Source of the DNA: a virus
Lineage: Duplodnaviria > Heunggongvirae > Uroviricota > Caudoviricetes
Length of the DNA: 43,393 bases
Direction: 5' to 3' (one strand)
IMG/VR virus record: IMGVR_UViG_3300028805_000051
Coordinates: 1 to 43,393 of that record
Position 1 is the stretch's first letter; each line of letters opens with the position of its first letter. The notes under the pieces were generated by a model. It did not search any database and was not told the DNA's origin. It saw only the letters and a program-made list of their open reading frames with translations. The position numbers and the translations under genes were made by a program. Of this stretch, positions 37,215 through 43,393 are shown in pieces.

Positions 37215-37662
37215 AATTATTCTGTGTCAAGGTATTCAGGGCTCAGGAAAGAGTAGTTTTGCTCGTTCTTGGGCCCTTGAAGACCCTGAACATAGAGTAC
37301 GATGGAATAATGATGATTTTAGAACTTTAATGGGTAAATATTGGGTTCCTTCCAGAGAAACTATAGTTAAAAATATTAGAGAAAGATTTATGTTTGAAGC
37401 AATGAGTGGTAACTATGATATTATTGTTGATGATATGAATCTTAATCCTAAAACTATAAAATGGTATGAGGCTATTGTAAACTCTTGGAATAACAATCCC
37501 AATAATTCACAATATGAATTAGAATTTCATTTATGTAATACTCCATTAGAAGTTTGTATTGAAAGAGATTCAAAAAGAGAAAATCCAATAGGAGCTAAAG
37601 TTATAACTGAAACATATAATCGTTATAAAGAATATTTAGAATCTCATGGCAAAACAGAGTAA
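37195..37662 (+). CDS. Polynucleotide 5'-kinase (Pnk kinase domain, AAA_33)
   Basis: GIQGSGKS, NNDDFR, IVDDMN, CIERDSKR. Confidence 0.88.
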   Translation: MMKETHKIILCQGIQGSGKSSFARSWALEDPEHRVRWNNDDFRTLMGKYWVPSRETIVKNIRERFMFEAMSGNYDIIVDDMNLNPKTIKWYEAIVNSWNNNPNNSQYELEFHLCNTPLEVCIERDSKRENPIGAKVITETYNRYKEYLESHGKTE

Positions 37663-38506
37663 ACCTATTGTTGTTGATGATAACGATTCTTTAGCATTAT
37701 ATTTAAAAGAAATTGCTAAAGAATCTTTAATATCTAATGAGCAAGAAATAGAATTATCCAAAAGAATAAAGAATGGAGATGAGAAAGCTTTAGAAGAATT
37801 AGTTAAAGCTAATCTTCGATTTGTTATAACTATTGCAAAACAATTTCAAAATAGGGGAGTTCCATTAGAAGATTTAATTGCTGAAGGTAATATTGGGCTT
37901 ATTAAAGCAGCTAAATTATATGATGGAGATAGAGGTATTCATTTTATTTCTTATGCAGTGTGGTGGATACGTCAGGCTATTATAAAAGCAATTTATTATA
38001 ATGGGAGTGATGTTAGATTACCTACTTCACAAATTGAACCAAAAACTAAAATTCTAAAAGTTTCATCTGAATTTGAACAAAAAATGGGTCGAGAACCAAC
38101 TATAGAGGAGCTTATGGAATTAACTGGATTTACAGAAGAATATATTAAAAAAGTACAACTTTCTACTAATAAATGTGTATCTATTGAAACACCTAGTATA
38201 AGCGATGATGAAGATTGTACACTTGGAGATTGTATTCCAGATACTGTAAATAAAACTCCTGATTTAGTAACTGATGATAATGTATTAGCTGAAGCAATTG
38301 AAGATATTTTAAGTGCGTTAAGTAATAGAGAGCATGATATTATATGTATGGTGTTTGGTTTAAATGGATGTAATGAAATGTCTTATGAAGAAATTGCTAG
38401 AAAATTTGCTTTAAGTAGTGAAAGAATAAGACAAATAACTAATACATTAATAAAATCATTTCAAACTAAAAAGAAATATTCTGAACAATTTAAAAAACTA
38501 ATATAA
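37646..38506 (+). CDS. RpoD/SigA-family sigma-70 factor lacking region 1.1
   Basis: DSLALYLKEI (1.2), ANLRFVITIAKQF, DLIAEGNIGLIKA, FISYAVWWIRQAI (2.3-2.4), GREPT (3), SSERIRQI (4.2). Confidence 0.95.
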   Translation: MAKQSKPIVVDDNDSLALYLKEIAKESLISNEQEIELSKRIKNGDEKALEELVKANLRFVITIAKQFQNRGVPLEDLIAEGNIGLIKAAKLYDGDRGIHFISYAVWWIRQAIIKAIYYNGSDVRLPTSQIEPKTKILKVSSEFEQKMGREPTIEELMELTGFTEEYIKKVQLSTNKCVSIETPSISDDEDCTLGDCIPDTVNKTPDLVTDDNVLAEAIEDILSALSNREHDIICMVFGLNGCNEMSYEEIARKFALSSERIRQITNTLIKSFQTKKKYSEQFKKLI

Positions 38507-38826
38507 TGGCTAATATTTGTAGTAACCGATTTTTCTTCTATTGTGAGCATAATTGTAAAAAATATATGAAAATATTTGAAGAACTTAAAGATCAATTATT
38601 TGATTTAGAGTTTGAAGTATTGGATTTTGATGATAATTTTTGTACAATAGAAGGATATTTTGAATCTAAATGGATATTTCCTTATCAAATATTTGAAAAT
38701 TTAGATTTTGAAGAAAAAGATGAATGTTATTTTAGATGTTTATCAGAAGAATATGGTTGTGATTACGTTGCTATGAATATTTATAGTAATGGTTCATGGC
38801 GTGATGAACAATGTTTTGATTTATGA
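38506..38826 (+). CDS. Hypothetical protein
   Basis: ORF 106 aa; MANICSN...FESKW...SEEYG. Confidence 0.75.
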   Translation: MANICSNRFFFYCEHNCKKYMKIFEELKDQLFDLEFEVLDFDDNFCTIEGYFESKWIFPYQIFENLDFEEKDECYFRCLSEEYGCDYVAMNIYSNGSWRDEQCFDL

Positions 38827-39074
38827 GTAGAATATTGAAAGTACAAGAATTAGTAAATGTAATTAAAGAGTATGAATATGAAGTTCCTGATGATATATCT
38901 AATGAAGAGTTTATTAAAGAATTAGAAAAAACTGAAGGGGAGATTTATAAAATTGACGATTATTTAAATGTCAATTTTATAGATTCTGAATATTTATATG
39001 AGACTGAATTACATTGTAGTGGTTCTGAAACATTAATTATAAAAGACAACAAAGTAATTGGTACTATTGTATGA
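38823..39074 (+). CDS. Acidic hypothetical protein
   Basis: ORF 83 aa. Confidence 0.7.
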   Translation: MSRILKVQELVNVIKEYEYEVPDDISNEEFIKELEKTEGEIYKIDDYLNVNFIDSEYLYETELHCSGSETLIIKDNKVIGTIV

Positions 39075-42000
39075 TTTATGTAGTTAGTGCTCAAACTGAA
39101 GCTTTTGGGGGAGAATTTCCTCAAATATCATTAGAAGAAGCAATTGAGATGTTAAAACCTCTTCCAGAAATTCCAAATGACACTGAAACTTCAGGCTTAT
39201 CTTGTCATTCTAAGAAGTTGTTATTAATACAATTAGGAAATGAAGATTTTCAAATTGATTTTGATATAGCTTCTTATGGTGGACAAATCCCTCAACCATT
39301 AAAAGATTTTATGAATACTTATGATGGTTTATGGATATTACAAAATGCAAAGTTTGACTTACAATTTTATTATAAGCAAGGAATAATTCTTAAACATGTT
39401 TATGATACCATGTTAGCAGAATATATCATCACAATGGGATACACTGAATTTAGGGATGGTAAAGTAAGAGATGTAAGAAGAGATTTACAAACTCTTGTAA
39501 GAAAATATTGTAATGTTGTCTTGGATAAATCGGTTAGAGGAGAAATTATAAGAACAGGATTAAGTGCTAGAGTAATAGAGTATGGTGCTAATGATGTTAA
39601 ATATCTTATTCCTGTTAAAAATGCACAAATGAGAATTATTCAAGCTAAACATCTTGATAAAGCTGTTGAACTTGATAATAAATTTGTTAAAGTATTAGCA
39701 TATATTGAATATTGTGGAATAAAATTAGATTGGAGTAAATGGGCTGCTAAAGCTGAAGAGTATAGGCAAAATGTTATTAATAGTGAAGAGGCTATTAATA
39801 GACATTTATATTATGATTTAAAACGTACTGATTGTTTTGGGTCCAATAGTTTATTTTCTGATGTTCCACAATGTTTAATTAATTGGAGTAGCCCAAAACA
39901 AGTAATTCCTTTATTTGAAAGTTTAGGAATTAATTGTACTTATTATGATCATGGTGAAGAGAAAAAGTCTTGTAGTGAAAAAGTATTAAATTTTCAAATA
40001 AAAGATTTTAAAATATTACAATTATATTTTGAATATAAAGAAGCAACTAAAAAGTTTTCTACTTATGGTTATAGTTGGCAAAAGATGATAAATAAAGATA
40101 CTGGTAGAATTCATACTTCATTTATGCAAATTATGGCAACTGGTAGATTAAGTTGTGGAGATATGGATAATGATCAACCAAATCTTCAAAATCTTCCAAA
40201 TGATAAGTATACTAGAAGTTGTTTTATTGCAGAACCTGGAAATAAATATATTGCTTGTGATTATTCGTCACAAGAATCTATTGTATTAGCCAATTTTGCA
40301 AATGACGAAAGTTTAATAAGTTTTTATCGTAAGGGATTAACGGATAAAATGCTGTCCATTTATAAAGAAATTTATATCTAAAACTGGCAAAATCGGTAAA
40401 ACCGGTTGTAAATTGTTTTTCTAATAAAATTCATAATTTTATTTTAGATATGCAAAAAATATGTATATATAACATATCAGACAAAAAAATTAAAATTATG
40501 AAAAAAATTAAGAAAAACGAGGATTATTTTAATCAAATTGATTCCGAGTTAAAAGCTTATTTACTCGGATTCTTTTTAGCTGATGGTTGCGTCATGAATC
40601 CAAGTTCTGGATCAAAATGCGTCAGTATGTGCTTACAAGAATCAGATAAATGTGTATTGGAATGGTTTATTAAAGAAATAGCTCCAGAAATTAAAATTAC
40701 TTCTTATACAAAACCTTCTACTGGACATACACAATATTCTTTTAAATTTACTGCTAAAAAAATGGCAGAAAATTTAGAAGAAATTTGGGGTATTAAATCT
40801 AAAAAAACTCAAGATGTTGAATTTAAATTTCCATTTGAAAAAATTCCATCTGAATTAATACATCATTTTATTAGAGGATTTTTTGATGGAGATGGCTGGT
40901 TAATGACCAGAAAACATTATGATACTGGAAGTATTCCTCCACAATTTGGATTTGTTTCAACATCATTAAATTTTATTTTACAATTAAAAGAATTAATACC
41001 TCCAATAACTGAACCTAGAATATGCACAAATCAAGGTAAAAATATGATATATTATCAACTTATTTATTCTTTAGGAAAAGGAAGAGTTCCAGCTATTAAA
41101 GCATGGCTATATAATGATGCTCATTTTTATCTTGACCGTAAAAAAGAAAAATTTGAATTAGAATGCGGTAATACCGAGCTAACTGAAGAGATTACGAAAG
41201 GCTCTTCAGAAGTGTAACGCGTAGAGGGTGAATAAATATAATCCCTCCAAGAGTGTCAGCCCCGAACGCATAGGGTGTAATGTACGCTGAACTATTATGA
41301 AGCATAAAATAATAGAATTATAGGATAAAAAGCCTATGAGATAACAATTTGATGCATTCTTTTGTTGCATTTTTGTTATATCCTGAGTTACAAGAAGAAT
41401 TACATAAAACTGCAGATGAACTTACAGAAGATGATTTAATCTGGATTAAAAAGAATCATAAAGATTTAAGACAAATAGCTAAAACTGCTGAATTTGCCAT
41501 AATACCTACATGTTAAACAATTGTTATCTAGAAAGTTTAACAATTTTGTGGCCCTCTTTGGAAACTTAGAGGTGAATAAATCGGATGAATTGCGGGAACA
41601 AGTAGGAGAATCCGCAGCCAAGTAAGAGAATTAAAAAGCTCTTAAAGGTTCAACGACTAACTCTTGAAACTGCTTAGCAGAATATAATAGAGACACGAGT
41701 GTCCGACACCTAAACAGAAATGCATGGTGGTGATATAGTCTGGGCTATACGGTAACGTATAGAAGTAGAGATAAAGAGCTCTACGATAACATAACCGAGC
41801 CTATGGTGGTGATGGTAGTACTATTGCAAAGAATACTGGTTCTTCTAAAGCACAAGGTATAGAAGTATATAATGCTTATTTTACTGCATTTTCTGGAATG
41901 AAACAATATTTTGATAGGGTTATTAATAGAACATTAAAATGTGGTTATATTGAATATAATCCATATACTAAAAGAAAATATTTCTTAATGCCTAGTAATC

Positions 42001-42750
42001 CTGTTATTAAATATGCAGAAAAATTACATTATGGTGAATTGTATGGTTGGGAAGCAAATGAATATAATGAAGCTAAAGCTGAGTTACAACGTTTGTCTCA
42101 AAATTATCCAATACAGGGTGAACTCACTATTGCCCTGTTTAAATCCCGTTAATTCGGTGAACCCTAAAGCTTGAGTTGTGAAATTAAATGTATGGGAATG
42201 CCGAGCCAAGTTTTATAGTAATATAAAAAAGGTGTAACGACTAGAGATGAATCCTAAATTAGGATAATAATTTCTCCACGAAAGCGGGAAATACATTTTT
42301 ATTTTAAAATTATCCATAGCAAAATTATATATATTAGTATAATTATAAAAATTTATAACATATTAATAATTAATTATGGATAGAAAAATTCAGCTTCTCA
42401 AGAAGAGTTACAAAAATTTTGTGAAAATGTATTAAGACATAGTCTAAACAATTCTGAAAAGAATTGAAGTTAAGGATAAAGAGCCTTAACGATAATATTT
42501 AATGAGTAGTGCTGATTGTAGCAAACTTGCTGGCATATTATTTTTTAATGAAATCATAAAAAGAGGTTGGTTTGATAAAGTAAAAATTGTAAATATGATT
42601 CATGATGAATATAATGTGGAAGCACCAGAAGAAATAACTGAAGAAGTAGCTAAATGTTTAAAAGATTGTATGATTAAAGCTGGAACAGTATTTTGTAAAA
42701 TAGTTCCTCTTGATGCAGATGTTGAAATCGGAGATTATTGGGTTCATTAA
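39071..42750 (+). CDS. polA: Family A DNA polymerase split by three group I introns; exons 39071-40345, 41352-41500, 41798-42119, 42505-42750 (663 aa)
   Basis: Exo DTET, NAKFD, TGRLS, PNLQN, motif A DYSSQE; splices restore TD-MHS, motif B RQIAKTAEFAI-AYGG and NYPIQG-SSAD; motif C IHDE. Exon total 1992 nt. Confidence 0.95.
40346..41351 (+). ncRNA. Group I intron 5 (polA-1), 1006 nt
   Basis: P1 GGAT|/GTCC, P10 AATGC/GCATT, P7 GCGTA/TACGC, terminal G 41351. Confidence 0.9.
40450..41217 (+). CDS. Double-motif LAGLIDADG homing endonuclease (intron-encoded; start may be ATG 40498)
   Basis: AYLLGFFLADGC and FIRGFFDGDGW. Confidence 0.92.
   Translation: MQKICIYNISDKKIKIMKKIKKNEDYFNQIDSELKAYLLGFFLADGCVMNPSSGSKCVSMCLQESDKCVLEWFIKEIAPEIKITSYTKPSTGHTQYSFKFTAKKMAENLEEIWGIKSKKTQDVEFKFPFEKIPSELIHHFIRGFFDGDGWLMTRKHYDTGSIPPQFGFVSTSLNFILQLKELIPPITEPRICTNQGKNMIYYQLIYSLGKGRVPAIKAWLYNDAHFYLDRKKEKFELECGNTELTEEITKGSSEV
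41501..41797 (+). ncRNA. Group I intron 6 (polA-2), 297 nt, ORF-less
   Basis: P1 GCCAT|/GTGGC, P3 TCGGAT/GTCCGA, P7 GACTA/TAGTC, terminal G 41797; phase-2 splice rebuilds ATA. Confidence 0.9.
42120..42504 (+). ncRNA. Group I intron 7 (polA-3), 385 nt
   Basis: P1 ACAGGGT|/GCCCTGT, P10 CACTATT/AGTAGTG, P7 GACTA/TAGTC, terminal G 42504. Confidence 0.92.
42376..42467 (+). pseudogene. Internally deleted endonuclease remnant in intron 7
   Basis: ATG GAT AGA start joined out of frame to KNSASQEELQKFCENVLRHSLNNSEKN*, which runs through P7' as an intron HEG tail would. Confidence 0.5.
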
Positions 42751-42767
42751 AAAAATTAAAAAAAATA

Positions 42768-43180
42768 TGAGCTGGGAAACTAGATTAGTAACAACTATGT
42801 CTTTCAACAGAAAAACTTATGATTGTTTAGGAACTGTTGAAAACGATTTAGAAGAAGTGCAAGATATGATTAAATATTTTAAAAATAAAATAATTAGTCT
42901 TGCAATGATTACAGAACCGAAAAAGTTTTGTGAAGAAGATCAAGATCCATTATGTTGGTTACAGCATGAGACTGAAGAGTGTTTAAATGAACTTGAAACA
43001 CTTTATACTGAAGAATATAAATTGCTTTGTTTAAAAGATAATTGGGAAACTTGTCACACTAAAGAAGGTGAGCCAATTCATCCTCCTAAAGAATTTTGTA
43101 ATGGAGAATATGGTGATTGTGCTTATATAGACGGAGATTTTATTTTAACTAATGCTGAAAAACAAGAATACAATGGGTAA
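42768..43180 (+). CDS. Hypothetical protein
   Basis: ATG 42768 (MSWET...) after the polA stop. Confidence 0.75.
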
Positions 43181-43393
43181 AAAACATAAAAGAACTTGTT
43201 GGGTGTTACAATCTGAATTGGAGCTTTATGGTGAAAGGGATAGTTCAGTTAAATTATTCAGTTCGTTGAAAAAAGCTCAAAAAAGAATGACAGATTTTCT
43301 CAATGAAGATATTTATAACAATCTTGATAGGTTTGATTCATTTGAATATTCAGATGATGAAAATGATGGAACAACTGTTTATAATAAAATCCC
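43173..43393 (+). CDS. Hypothetical protein (partial, runs off the window)
   Basis: ATG 43173, open to the end. Confidence 0.65.
   Translation, partial: MGKKHKRTCWVLQSELELYGERDSSVKLFSSLKKAQKRMTDFLNEDIYNNLDRFDSFEYSDDENDGTTVYNKI

Larger units (their letters stand above)
1..43393 (+). mobile_element. Bacteriophage genome segment (accessory plus replication/nucleotide metabolism module), probable Bacteroidota host
   Basis: Dense co-oriented overlapping ORFs, phage-type replisome genes, homing endonucleases, no host housekeeping operons, AT-rich start contexts without SD. Confidence 0.93.

Noticed and set aside
22922-42750. Split nrdD, helicase, dut, RNA ligase and polA as pseudogenes, frameshifts or inteins
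   Set aside because: Inserts contain stops (so not inteins), have group I pairings, and their removal gives intact frames with all motifs
1-43393. CRISPR array, tRNA genes (including an amber suppressor), DGR reverse transcriptase, integrase
   Set aside because: No regularly spaced repeats, cloverleaf or T-loop signatures, or RT/recombinase motifs seen by eye in this window; they could lie elsewhere in the genome
1-43393. TGA reassignment
   Set aside because: TGA ends many genes, often in ATGA overlaps with the next start, so it functions as a stop

Overview
AT-rich segment of a tailed dsDNA phage, with all credible genes on the + strand. The host is probably a Bacteroidota species (no Shine-Dalgarno signals, TTTG-N19/20-TAnnTT promoters, short RpoD-type sigma). 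The gene set resembles crAss-like and related gut/rumen phages, which is an inference. Bases 1-6.4 kb form a variable accessory region of mosaic proteins built from modules joined by short repeated linkers. The rest is a replication, nucleotide-metabolism and RNA-repair module: RNase H, SF2 helicase, DnaB, Sak4-like ATPase, SSB, primase, resolvase, exonuclease, NrdD/NrdG, Dda-like helicase, dUTPase, DNA ligase, RNA ligase, Pnk, sigma factor and PolA. Two signals are hidden from the ORF track. (1) Seven group I introns split five genes (nrdD, Dda-like helicase, dut, RNA ligase, and polA three times). Each has a U.G P1 pairing and a terminal G, and splicing restores conserved protein motifs. Three carry intact homing endonucleases, two carry HEG remnants and two are ORF-less. 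(2) An unannotated 185-codon Holliday-junction resolvase gene has an in-frame TAG at codon 5, suggesting amber recoding (TAG=Gln). No tRNA, rRNA or CRISPR array was seen.
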